In this document: positions 14,301 to 26,990 of the stretch, piece by piece
Position numbering within the stretch: position 1 is the stretch's first letter
Layout: every line of letters starts with the position of its first letter
NCBI GenBank assembly: GCA_965285935.1
Contig: OZ260667.1
Span: 39,246,001-39,310,000 of the forward strand
Length of the DNA: 64,000 nucleotides
Direction: 5' to 3'
Origin: Ophelia neglecta
Taxonomy: Eukaryota
Translations under genes and position numbers: made by a program
Notes under the pieces: generated by a model
Databases searched by the model: none
What the model saw: the letters and a program-made list of their open reading frames with translations, nothing else
Told to the model about the DNA's origin: nothing

Positions 14301-16818
14301 GTTTCAGCTGATGAGTTTTCTTTAAGAATCATCAAGCCTCTATCGACACGCAAGCGTCCTCTTTGGATTCGGATTACCAAAATAACGATACGTGGTCCCG
14401 ATTCCTTCATTTTCAGAAAACTAGCTGTAGTGATGGTGTTGCACGGAAAGCGGTCTTGGTGTGTTCCCAGTAATGATCTTACTTACTGGGTGCACCAATG
14501 CATTTCTTGTCGGAGATAGATTATGCGGATTGCTTGTTCATAAAACTGAAATTGTTGCGCAGTGGTAAGCCAGTAGGCGAAGATAACAATGTTAGGGCTA
14601 GGGTAAAATAATTCATTCCTGCCCCAGCTTTGTCTTTCCCAGATTGCATAGGCGAAGCGATCAACAACCCAGATAAGCATTTAGTTGCTCTGTACAAAGT
14701 AAAGCAAAAACGCCGAAGCTGGAATTTGTGCAGAAATAACGAGGATGGCTATATTATAACTGTGAGATATAATGCGTGTACTCCTATCCTGGTTCAATTA
14801 TTAAAATTAATTGAAGATATGTCAACCAGTTTATTGGACATAGTGACTAAAATTGCAACTTGCAAACTGCAATTAAAATTTGCTCATTAGACAACTGCAT
14901 GTTCTCCAGGCCTGTGTTATTATTAAAAAGATTAGTTTCATTAGGGACATAGGAGATGTCACATGCTACACTTGGAGGTCAACGACTATTATTTCACCAT
15001 AAAATCATAAATTAATTACAGCCATCTTTGTTGGGGAAAAAGGGCTGCCAATAAATGATTTGCATACCACATACCCCCCCCCCCCCTATCTCTGATAAGC
15101 TTAAGGCTCAAGAAATGAAATACGATTCCGTAAATACGAGCGCAATGAATCCAACTTTCTAATTATCATCATGTAAGTGAGAAATGGACAACAAAGAAGA
15201 CAAAAAAGACTTTCGCTTTTCGTGCCAAAAATATATTGGTTTTTGATGATTGTATGAGCAAAAGTCCTTTATACGTTCATTCACTAACAAGGCATTTCGA
15301 TAAAACACGAAGTTATCATTAAAGGGGTCTGATCAATGACATATGACTATAATACATTGTTGGTATTTATTTGTTTTAGATATCTCATCATTCATTTCGA
15401 TACCCTGACAATTTTCCTTACGGATCATATTACCTTCGTATTTTTAAGACCCGTGATTGTCACTACAGTATAAAAATAATTGTTAAAATGGACCGACTCT
15501 TTAGATTAACTGTTTTGTGTTTACATTGCTAAATGCTATTTAACGCGATTGCTAAGTTTGCAATGTATGTTTTTTGTTTTGTTCTCTAAAGCAAGGACCA
15601 AACCCCGAAAGACGGCCTAGCATATTGCAAAAAACACCTTTAACGTATTTTTATTTCTATGTTCATCAGCGCCGCCGTCGGACAGTCATCAGCGCCATCT
15701 AGCGCCTGAAAAGGGCTAACTTGGATACTGAGAATCCCTTGTCAAGCGCAATATTTCATAACCTCATCCCTAAAAACATATAATGCAACCGGTATATTGT
15801 CCCGAAAGAGGAAGTTTTCGCAGCAAACATCTACATTTTTTGTTGTTTAAAACATGATGAAACGTCTATTATATCATTCACATCATTCTCAAGGTCCCAC
15901 CAAGCATGTTATACAACAAAAGCCAACATTGGTGCTATTCAAGAAGGTAGAATAATGAATTCTTATATTTTTGCAAAACAATATAGAGTTTCAATATAGG
16001 CCTAGGAGACAATGCCTTCAAGAACATGGCAGTAAATTGTCTAGCCTTTTCTAGTTCAATTTACCAAGCCATTCTCACGATACCCGGAGCTCAATAGACT
16101 GCCATCAGCTTTGATGGGCGTTCAATTGATGCCCATACGCATGCCCAAGGCATGGTGGGGAACCTACTGCCTTTGTACACATACTCATTATTGATAAAAG
16201 CACTGTCCTTTAACTTTTAAAGCGCATTCTAGTGTAAGGCATCTTACGACACATCTTGGCGTAGCAGCGCCCATTTAATCTACAGAAATCCAGATCTTTC
16301 TCAAAGGGAGTAATCTAGCGAACACAATCAACACTACGAGTGGAATAATAACGTGAATAGTGTAGAGCTATTGGTAGATGACAATTTTTCACACATATCA
16401 AATCACCATGTAAGGCAAACGGAAATGGCATGTCTCGGTAGCGTTGCTTTTCGTTATTATGCAACTGTTTTGGGCGGCGGGCATGCGAAGACTGTTTGAA
16501 TGCTCAAGTTTACATTTATTACTGGCTTCAAATTAACGTCAGACGTCTAAACCTACTTATAAAGTATATAAATACAAGCGTCACTCGTATCAGAAAATTC
16601 AGTGAGTAACAAATGCCCTATTAGCTCTGATATTGGTATCTCACGCGTGCATTCGGGAATACACCAAGAACATAATTATATAGCCATTATATATAGCAGT
16701 TAAACTTAAAGTATTTTTTTCTCAGTTTTCAAGTATTTATTGCCATGGACAGTTTAGATACATGGAATATGGTATGCTATTTCACAAATATACACGGTAT
16801 ACTCCCGCCGCCCAAAAC

Positions 16819-16906
16819 AGTTGCATAAAAAAGATTTTTTGCTGGACAACAATTGTTGTATGTGCCCTATTATTAATCTACACTGATGACAAATGAATGA
16901 TGGGCA
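16819..16906 (+). repeat. 88-bp dispersed direct repeat, copy 1
   Basis: Matches 19067-19154 except for about 3 substitutions. Confidence 0.92.
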
Positions 16907-18950
16907 CATTCTAAAAGGAAAACAGTACTGTATCTCAACGATAGTGCAAGAACATGTTAAATATGTAAGTGTGCCAGTCACGAACTATTGGACCACAACC
17001 CCGGTTTGTTGATTTTAGTAAATTGGTACTCTGAAAGAAAAAGGCGCCAATCAAATAAAAAGTACTCGTTATAAGCAAATATCCATCATACATGCCCCGC
17101 CCCGAATCCCATGTGCGAGATGTTTGCTATTTCGATGCGATCTTTGAATTAAACAATAATGTGTCATTTCTTCACAAGTAGAACTATTGGAAATAACAGT
17201 ACCTTCAAATAACCACAAGACGAACGCAATTTGTATTTTTAAATTAGGAGCATGTTGGCTGTGAATTATCCCCGCAGCATGAGAATTTGCATGAATATAT
17301 CTACCGAAACAATGGCATTAACTGCACTCTTAATCCTGACGAGTGAAATATCCGGGTATTTCAGCTTATTTCATGAAGAACTCTGGGTAACAAGCAGCTT
17401 CCAAAAGTATAAAAAAGTGACATAAGTTGGGTTTGTAGAATACATGTCGGGTATGATATAGAACACATAATTTGCGGCATTTAAATATTTCGTAAAAGTG
17501 GACTTTCATCACTTGGGCCAAAATCACCACTTCCGCATGATATAGTTGAGGCCAAATTACCTCGCGTATGAACACTTTGCCAAGCGTCGATAATGCCAGG
17601 CATTAATTATTTAATGTATAATTGTTGATCATGTAAGTTTGTGTACTTACCGTCTCTTTATAGATAATGACGTAAATAAATCGAGGAAAATCCCATCCAC
17701 AAAATAGTAGTAAAACAAAGCTGTTTCATTGGCAAAAATTCCTTTCATAAACAACAGAATAATTCTCAGAAGCCTGAGAATATAGTCACCACTAGCAGGA
17801 TTTCATCATCAACCAGTAGCGGGTTGAAGCCAGCGGCAGAGCTACACACCATCAAGCAACTGATAAAAACAACTCAAGGGGTGTGAACTGTTAAACAGCA
17901 AGTATTTCTATGACAGCAGGTTTTGCGCGCCTTTATCCCACCTGCGCTGTCCATTGAAATACAAATTGTGCGAGTCCTCTAAAATCGTTAACTCGACGTA
18001 TCATGTTTTTAAGTTTTCGAGGATGATCAAATGCAAAGGAGACGCCTTAAAGGCCGGCGCTTTACACTGATCATCTGTTACATTTAAGAGTTCCAAACCA
18101 AAGACAAACGAGGTGTGATGGGTAGAGTGTTCTGGAAATATTCCCTGATATACATGTAGCTGTACAAATATTGAATATACATTGAGGGCCATAGACTGGC
18201 ACCGACATACAGTTATTAACACCTAATTCTTTTGTTTCGTGCCGTTGATTAGTTTCAAACGAAACCAATTAATCCACGGCTTGTCATAGTCTGGCACATG
18301 CACTGAGGATAACCTGAACGACCTTTAGCTTAAAGTACTTTACAGCAAGAGTTACTTAGCAAAGCAATGCAATTGCCGATATAGCAACTCGTTCCTCAGG
18401 GAGGGTGAGGGGGAGTGGAAAGGTGGAGGGGATGGGTACTCGGTTTAACTTTAAGCTTACTTCATCAACAAATTGTAGCTTGACAAATTATTTTAACATA
18501 CTGCAGATTTCTTACATAGTTCTACATTTTCGTATCTTGAGCGCAGTTCATCCATTCCTGGTCAGATAAAGCTATGTTAAATTCAAATACAGACATTTCT
18601 AACACATGCATGTTAAATGACGGCATAAAGACATATATATATACATTTGCTGTCCTTTCAAGATTATAAAGCTAGCCATACTGAGAAAGGAAAGCAATAG
18701 GTTCGGATATGGACTTGAGTTTTTTCACAGATTTAGGTCACCCTTGCAGGCAAGCCGGCAAATTCAAAGCATGTTAGACCAAAACAAACATATTCTTCTT
18801 ACCATGACCGCTTGCCCTTTCACATCCGACTGACACATTCACCATGAGCTGAAACAATATTTTCGATAAATATAAGAAAAAGTAGAAAAAAATCACTAGT
18901 ATGCTTGGAGAGTGGAAAGTAAGTGAATCCACTTCCTTTCTTGTAATAAC

Positions 18951-19054
18951 TAACTTGTTTTAATGGGCGAGAATACCCTCAGCTCTTTAGGCTTCGGGCA
19001 TTCTTCCGCCCAATTGAAAAAGTCTGTTAATCCACCCAAAGTCGTGGATTAACA
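18951..19054 (-). mobile_element. Degenerate hairpin-element relic, same architecture as 35032-35206
   Basis: Imperfect inverted repeat AATGGGCG-AGAATACCCTCAGC..GCTTCGGGCATTCTTCCGCCCAATT, which reads CCC-GA-xGC...GCx-GA-GGG on the minus strand. A perfect 11-bp stem TGTTAATCCAC/GTGGATTAACA follows at 19025-19054. Confidence 0.5.
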
Positions 19055-19066
19055 ATAACAGACTCT

Positions 19067-19154
19067 AGTTGCATAAAAATGATTTTTTGCTGGACAACAA
19101 TTGTTGCATGTGCCCTATCATTAATCTACACTGATGACAAATGAATGATGGGCA
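19067..19154 (+). repeat. 88-bp dispersed direct repeat, copy 2
   Basis: Matches 16819-16906. Confidence 0.92.
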
Positions 19155-21878
19155 GTGCAGGTGAAAAAGAGAAAAAAAAAGAAAAGTAAAATTAATTCAG
19201 AACATTACATTAGTAACAACATTTATACAGACTTTAAGTACTCTTTTAGAGTCATCAAATGAGAACAGGTACTTCCGTTAGTGTTGCTTGAAGGTAGATC
19301 TTTCACATTGATATTCAAAGTAACTTGAAACATAAACTGCACTTTAAAAGGTTTTTGCATGGCGGAGATTCAGCTAACTGAACATGTAGCTTGATTGACA
19401 GTATGGTGTAGTGATCATGAATTTGGGGAATTAGCAGTTCAACGCATTGCACCTCACATGAACCAGTTACAAGGCAGAATGAGTGAATGCTTACTGGGGT
19501 CATCTAGACTAATGTTCAAAATATGAGGCACACATTGCCCGACTTTTAAAAATAAATTACTACTTTATTATATTCTCAAAATATACTTTTTAGTTTTCCC
19601 AGCTATGTTGGCATACGCAGGTTGCATGCGTCTGCTGTAATCAATGCCATTCCGAAGTCCCTCATTGTAAATGTTTATTCCCTTTTGTCTAATTTGTTTT
19701 TTTGCCAAAGCATTCTTAGCTATAAACATTTCATGTGTTCTTGCATATTATACACAGAGCTACAGTAACAGTGTTCTACATTTTTTTCCTGGTCCTAGTC
19801 TGCTGCAAAATTCGTATTGTTATATATATATATATATATTTATTGCACTGCACAGCGTTCATAATATTATAACATATTTAGTTATTTGAATGTGGACTAC
19901 GATCTAGCCTACACAAAAAGATATTTTGTACAAAGGCTGCCATTAAAGCCTATGTGGGAAGGGTGGGAGTAAGTTTTAATGTCAGTCAATCTCACTTAGT
20001 CGCTAGGTGAGTGCGAGAATGCTAAGCAAAACTGTCACAAGTTATGTAGACGTTTAGCAGGCAATTACACCGACTAGTATAGGCATGGGATGAAATTCCT
20101 TGTCGCATAACTCTTGTTGAATTCGAAGTTTGTGAGAACAAGGAATCTCATTTCTGAGGTGGTGCTTCTATCAAAACCCCTATAAGACCAATATGCGTAA
20201 ATCTACGTACGTAAATTGCCACTACTTCTTTAGTTCGTTGATAGATGGCCAAGGAATCCCTAACGCTGATGAAAGAAGTCACGTCCTGATATATATATAT
20301 ATTGTGATTAGTTTTTCCCTAATTAATATGCTCAGCATTGCACCTGCCATGCCGTTTTATTAGTGGGTGAAGGGCGAAGCTCGTAACCTTTATTGCGTCA
20401 CGATAGAAATATCAAACAGATTCATCACAAACTGGCCATAAATGGTGGCCGTCCTCCCCCCCCCCCCCTCCCCCCCTACAGCAAATGCGAACTGCTTCAC
20501 ATATATAGACAAGATTGCTTTCGGAATGCGATTATTATATCTATCAAACAGCCGTTGAAGTTTAAATTTTGAGGGTGAAAAACCAATAAACACGTCTGAA
20601 TACTTGCAAAGAATTGCAAACTACAATGATTGTGATTAAATATATAAAAAATAGCTTAGGGTGTAAACTATTCCGAATGGATGATCATCAGCATGGATTC
20701 TTGCAACTTCTCATCCGGTGTGACAGCAATTTCATTCCAACGCCAATACCAATTTGTACATGGAGATAAGAGAGAAATTAACACTTCTTAGCCGGAACTA
20801 TATCATCAATGCTGGTAACGAGAAGACACTGAGTGGCTTCTTCGAAAGACCCATTGCCAATTTAGGATTCTTCTATCAGTGATTTTGCAATTGGATGAAT
20901 ATCATTCGTTCAGGACGTTGTACTCAATAGCACTATTCATTATGTGGACACTGCAAACACTAATCAGAAGTGAAACTTGCCTTGTTGAAACACAATGCAC
21001 CAATTTTTTTTCTTTTGTAAATAGCAGATGGCATGTATAACCCGACATGGACTTAGGTTGATCAGCCTGTATCTTAGAATACCGATACAACATAATGTCA
21101 ATCAAATCCACAATAAAACTAATAAAAGAACTGTCTTGGGCGGATGAATTGATTTTATCTTTCGGAATATTGACAGGTACGGAATTAAATTTTTTATGTT
21201 ATTAACTGCACAACGGTTGAGGACCAATTTCACTTAATTGTTCAAAGAAATGAACTGATGAATTATTTTTTCATACTTTTTCAAGGTACTACGCTTGGGT
21301 CCGCAACTCAGATTCATATTGTTTATTCCAACAGCTCACTGAGATGGAAGCAATTAATGAAAATGGTACAGTTCAGGGTCGCAGGTAATGGAATATATGC
21401 CTTTGTATGACTTTGACGAGTACGCACTGGTTTTCATGATGAAGGCCGTTAGGCATAAAACCTATTTCGCTTCTAAATTACTGGCCTGTTACTGAATAAA
21501 GTAGGAAGCTGACACAACAGAAGCTATCGAACCTTCTTACCTTCAGAGCTTGAGCAAAGAAACGGGCTACAGCAGTAGCACTGAATAACACCCAGCCATT
21601 TGATAGTCTTGTACATGTATATCTATAAGACAAACGAGTTAGCCGTTGTGTTATACTTTATTGTCCCGATGTTCCTCTGCTTACAAGTGCGCACCCAGTC
21701 GTTTATATATGATGTTTCAATGGGTGGGACCTATGTATCATATTGCGCTTCACACTGGTTGAACCAAAGTTGTGGACTGCGGTCGTTTCAGATTAAAACA
21801 ATAGCTTTATAAAACGTACACTGAACCAAGTCTTTGCCAAGAGGTGGCTTAGTGCTTCTTTGATGGATTGAGTTGGGG

Positions 21879-22188
21879 CTTTTGATATACTATGATTTGA
21901 TTCTTCTTACATTATTCCCCATTTAATTTTAGATTAGTCCCTAATCTTGGTCAACCAATGATCCACTTTGCTCAATGGAATACTATTTTAACATTATCTT
22001 TATTGAACAATATAATCAGCTCGCAGATTCAATATAGCTTCACACAACAAAATTAAGCAACATATGTATAATAATTATACAGATCATTAGTCTATTATAT
22101 TTTCTAATACAATAATCTAGTCAATAATCATTATGTGGTTTACACATAATTACACTTTTGATATACTATGATTTGATTCTTCTTACAT
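21879..22188 (+). repeat. Pair of identical 34-bp direct repeats (21879-21912, 22155-22188)
   Basis: CTTTTGATATACTATGATTTGATTCTTCTTACAT occurs twice, 276 bp apart. Confidence 0.88.
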
Positions 22189-22264
22189 ATCTGCTAATTT
22201 CTTAATGCTTCATATTTCTAAATGTTTACACAAACTGCACATACCGTTCAGTTGTCATCTTATC

Positions 22265-22805
22265 ATTCAAGCTGACGCCTTATGGTCACTGACCGCACCA
22301 TTCCTGAAGTGTGTTGATCGAAAAGTCCCACCAGACAGTAACTGTGCCTTTCATTAGCTAGATGAACATAGCTGCAAACCTCATTGATTACCTCCGACTC
22401 CGAAATGTCCTGTTGGTACTTTTGTAGGTCGATCTTGTCATAATTGCATATAAATATGGAATCGCGTAACAATGTTCTTTTGATACTTAGTAAAGTGTGA
22501 TCAGAGGTCCTCTCGTGCAAAGAAGTCCCCCAAACAGCTCATAGCAAAATGTCAAAAGTGTGGCATTGCGAGGTGTTGGAGCAGTTACTAATTGTTTGGC
22601 TGATACAATTTACATCACTTCTACACAATCCCGCTTTTTTCTAGATATTTTTGAAATTTCGTTTGTTGTCAAGGTGAAAATTTGTGTCAGCAACCAGAAT
22701 CTTGTCATCATCATTAATCTTGGGTCAAGCATAGTAATGACAACGAAAATTATGATAAAGCTTTTAGTTAAATTTGGAAATAACGTTTTGGGCTTATGTA
22801 AAATC
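22265..22805 (-). pseudogene. Highly decayed L2/CR1-group LINE fragment: apurinic endonuclease domain and linker
   Basis: Minus-strand translation across frameshifts gives ILVADTNFHLD (GDFN motif), KQLVTAPT..HTFDI (QxVxxPTHxxGHTLDL), TSDH, then NYDKIDLQKYQQDISES..LFDQHT..RSVTIR, typical of the L2 post-endonuclease region. Confidence 0.68.
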
Positions 22806-23462
22806 CAACATTGAAAAAATATATCTTTAAAGTAAAATTGGTTTGATTTGAGAACACTTATCTATATCATGACTTGTATGTATGCTGAGAGGATTACAAA
22901 CAGCTTTCTTTGCCAGTCAGTTTTGCCGTCACGGCACTGCAAATAGTTATAGAATTACTTTGCTAGTCGCTCAGCGAGCCACCTCCTCCCACACACTCTT
23001 GGCAGTCCACGACATCTATTGTACATTCACTTCTCACCTGCCCTTTACCGTAAATCTAAGTTAATTTCTTATTCGAATTTGGCTGAAAGAAAATACAATT
23101 TGATCAAGTAACAGGGAATAATACCTACACAAATGCCGCTGGGTCTTTTATTGTTTTAGACAATAACCTGAAATGTTATTCTCACGTCGTTCACTTCCAG
23201 ACACACCTTGTCTGCAATCCATGCAGGAAGGAAAAGGTCACACGAACACCAACAAAAAAGGTGAGGGGATAATTAAAATTAATAAAACTTCTCAAATGTA
23301 ATGGTTTGGTTCTTGTTGTCAAGTTATTTTTCACCGTCAAACAGAAATACATTTATTGGGAGATAAATTACATGTTTACAGAAGATCACTTAAGCTGTTT
23401 GAAGCAACACAAAACTTTCAATATCAAAACAAATGCGTCCGTGATCAACGCTTTTTTGACAG

Positions 23463-23522
23463 GTGTCAAAAAACATCGTTTACCCAGTATGTCCATACTG
23501 GGTAAACGATGTTTTTTGACAC
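23463..23522. repeat. Perfect inverted repeat, 29-bp arms with a 2-nt spacer
   Basis: GTGTCAAAAAACATCGTTTACCCAGTATG-TC-CATACTGGGTAAACGATGTTTTTTGACAC. Confidence 0.95.
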
Positions 23523-23899
23523 TACATGTATATCATAAAGAGCTGAATGAGACACCAAAGCCAGTATAAAAGCTGGCCCGATTGCGATCTCAAGGTCATG
23601 ATTTTATTAGAAATAACTGAATAAATATTCTTCAGACAATGCAAGATCATAAATAAGTAATGTTGGTCCGAATATAGCAATAACCGACAGCTACAGTATC
23701 TAAAGTAAGTCTTATTAAGCTTCAATGACGTAAGAACGCCCATGCAGTTTGAAGAGGAAATAAGACTTGTTTTTTTGGCATATATACTTTCGACAGTGCC
23801 ATATATGGAATTGGAAGAGACCAATAGGGAATCGTCGATTGGAGCTTCCTTAATCCTGTATATAACTCACAAAATGCTTCCGGAATGTTCGGTCTCTAC

Positions 23900-23985
23900 C
23901 ACATTACCCCGAGCTTTATGAACTTCACTGGCTGCCAGTAAATACCGAATTGACTTGTAAGCTTTAATTGCTGGTGTACAAGGAA
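23900..23985 (+). pseudogene. Short decayed L2 LINE ORF2 fragment
   Basis: HITP..ELHWLPV..YRI..K..LVYK motif read across frameshifts. Confidence 0.65.
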
Positions 23986-24014
23986 TGGCGATTCTCATTT
24001 GCAAATCTGCAACA

Positions 24015-24510
24015 CATTACTGGCACAGTTACATTGGCTCCCCGTTAAGCACAGGGTTTGTTTCAAGGTGTGCCTTCTTGCATTTAAGTGTTTGCATGGA
24101 ATGGCCCCAGAGTATCTGAGTAAACTGATTACCCCATATGTGCCTAGCCGTGGGTTGAGGTCGGAGAGTCACAACCTATTGGTTATCCCCAGGTTCCGCA
24201 CCTTAACCTACGGCTGTCGGCGGTTTTCCCATGCAGCCCCATTCCACTGGAATGCCCTTCCTGCAGAGGTAAAAACCAGCCCAAGTCTAGTCATTTTTAA
24301 AAGAAAGCTTAAGACACATTTTTATAAAATTGCATTTGAATCTTAGCTCGAGGTTTTTATAGTTTATTATTTTTTTTAACTTAAATGTGTCTTCTCTGCA
24401 TGTCATTGTATATATGTACCGCATTTTTCATTCATGATATCATACCAGTATTGTATCATTTTAAATATATTATATTCCCCGCTTTTTACTGTACAGCGCT
24501 TTTGAACAGT
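24015..24510 (+). mobile_element. L2-clade LINE 3' fragment (ORF2 C-terminus and 3' UTR)
   Basis: ORF 23999-24346: LHWLPVKHRVCFK..LHGMAPEYL..PYVPSRGLRS..G.RRFSHAAP.HWNALP..FKRKLKTH. The 3' UTR ends with the L2-type TGTACAGCGCTTT at ~24490. Confidence 0.9.
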
Positions 24511-25127
24511 CTCCATATTTTTTTTCAGGCTTAATTAACTTTTGTCGAAGTGACGCTTAAGGGACAGGTCCGCCACCTGCAGAATTGTTTTCCTCGGCCA
24601 CTGCTGCGGTGGCTTGGTTCTTGGTGGGCGGTTTCGTGACTGGATAGTTTTTTCTCTGTGTTCATTTCCGCTTTGCAAATGTCACTTGCAAATTGGCAGG
24701 ATTGTGGGAGTACAGATGTTCCTGTAAATTCATGTAATAGGAGCATACATTTTCTAACAGCCTGGCCTTTAACATTTGAATGGGTTCAAATGGGGGGGGG
24801 GGGGGGGGGCTGCACGCCCCAAATATATGTATGCTTATTCACATAGCCTTGATAAGCCCTTTCGTCAGTAAAGATTTATTACAGATGGCGCAACGATGTT
24901 GTTTCTTTTGGTAGTCACTGTAGAAATGTTGCAATTGTGAATGCCATTGAAACTTAATCTAGCTCGCTAATGAAAGGCCGCAAATTTGACAAACAACCGG
25001 CACGTTTACTCCGTGCACTCAGGTAACATGCTGATTCAAGTATTAAGCTGAAGGTAGGGCAAACTTAGATGGATCAAGACAGAAGACATTTTCTCTAGAA
25101 CCGTGCATCCTTTGCAGGTGTTCTCTG

Positions 25128-25180
25128 ATATATATGTATGTATATATGTATACATGTATGTATGTGTGTGTGTGTGTGTA
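25128..25180. repeat. Compound (TA)/(TATG)/(TG) microsatellite
   Basis: Direct reading. Confidence 0.85.
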
Positions 25181-26844
25181 TCAATAAATATAAAATGGTT
25201 GTCAAACACAACAGTAGAAAGAAATAACTAGTGGGGATACAATGCAGCAGTGACGATACAGTTATGCAATTACTGCTAACTTTCGAAGGGCTAGAAGCTG
25301 CAGAGGGGTTTAAAACCATACATTGACGTGCTTTGTACACTTTGCTTCCGTCCGGTGTGCACGTCACTTATCCCATAGCGCCCTCTGGTCAATCTCAATA
25401 AAGAATGACAAGTTATACAATAACTAACGTCAGTAGAGCTAATTGTACAATACCGTAATACCATAACGTAGTATGTTTGAGATTTGCGACATGTATACTT
25501 ATTATAAATAAGCTAATCAACAGGGTTTTTGGTGTGCGGGTAAATTTGCCGATCCTTTTTCTGTATTGCGAAGACAGCGCGCTACTGTTCATGATGTTTT
25601 TTACGTTTTCAATTAGTTTATTTAACCTTGCTCGTTTGTAGGACGACCCCCCAAAATGTTATGTCAATAAACAGGATCCACTGGGCGTATTATGTCTGAC
25701 CATAACGTCACACCATTGATGTACTTCGCACTCAACCCGTCTCGGAATAAGGTCATGTATCTCATCAACCCATCCCGATCTGTCATGAGTTAATACATGC
25801 TTCAGACCAGGACGAACCAATGAAATATTGCCGAAAATTATGACAGAAAGAAATTTCCTTCATTGTCGCAATTGCCTTCATCATTAAAGCATAGGCATTA
25901 ATGCTTTATGAACGCACTATTATTCAAATGAAGTTCTACCAGCGAAGATAATCAGGATATTATATGGTATGAAATATTCGTTAATACATTTGAATGACTT
26001 AGAATATTATACCCTGTCAATTAGGTTATATACTGGTCAACAACAGAACACTTCTATTCAGTCTACGGTTTTGAGACTGCATCACCATCACCATCAACCA
26101 GTGCTATAGGTAACATTAGACGGTTAGGCGTACATCCTCTCTGTGTTTATTTTCATTTCTCTATTCTCCTTCCAAGAATCCTTATTTATTAGTTTATAAA
26201 AACACTTGATGGATGAATTTTTGACGAGTTTCACGACTTTAGTGTTCGGGCCACTATAACCAGTTGGCTTATAAACGTAGTTTTTATGAACATAAACTTA
26301 CAGAAGCCTCATCAACCACCACAGATAAAATATTGTTTACGTTTCCTCGGCCTTAACTGTTCTAACCCCGTCGTGGATCAAGTGCTTAGTAATTTATACG
26401 ATTCCGTATTAAAGGTGCCTATAATAAACGGTACAAGAAAGAATGTTGTCGGAGATTCTAGTGGATCTGCCGTCTCATGGACGTCTGTCATTCCTGCCCT
26501 TTTCATTATTACACAGGTTTCGCAATAATATTGAATATTCTGCTTGCGCCACCTGTTGGCTCGCGCTTTTGTGATTATTCAATCTGATGTCAAAGAAGAC
26601 TGAACACAAGGAGCTGCAGCTTTATGGCGGAAAAAAGAGATTAAGAACCCGGAACAATGTATATGTATGAACAAATTGAAACTGGTCACCTTGTTAAAAC
26701 CCCGGGACAGTCTCAACTGTTGGGACTCAACCGGTCACTGTATATCCGGTCTAGTCTTTGGTTTTAACATCTGCTCTCTATAGTCTCTGGCATGTTGGTC
26801 CTTTACTATGTAGTCTATGCATATGTTACGCGCTCACTTGGTGA

Positions 26845-26990
26845 ACGCTGATTGGCCCAGAAAGCAAATGACGCTTGGCCTGCTTTCGGCGATGACGTCA
26901 CCACCAGAAGGCAGCGGCACCCAGGGACACAGTGCTCTGGCGAAACGCGTCACTTGCCTTCGGGTTTAAATGGGTCAAAGGTCATACTTA
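26845..26990. promoter_or_regulatory. Candidate promoter/enhancer motif cluster
   Basis: Locally GC/CpG-rich. Inverted CCAAT (ATTGG 26851-26855), half-CRE TGACG at 26869, full CRE TGACGTCA at 26893-26900, CTCF-like CCACCAGAAGGCAGC at 26901-26915, nuclear-receptor DR1 GGGTCA-A-AGGTCA at 26972-26984. Confidence 0.4.
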
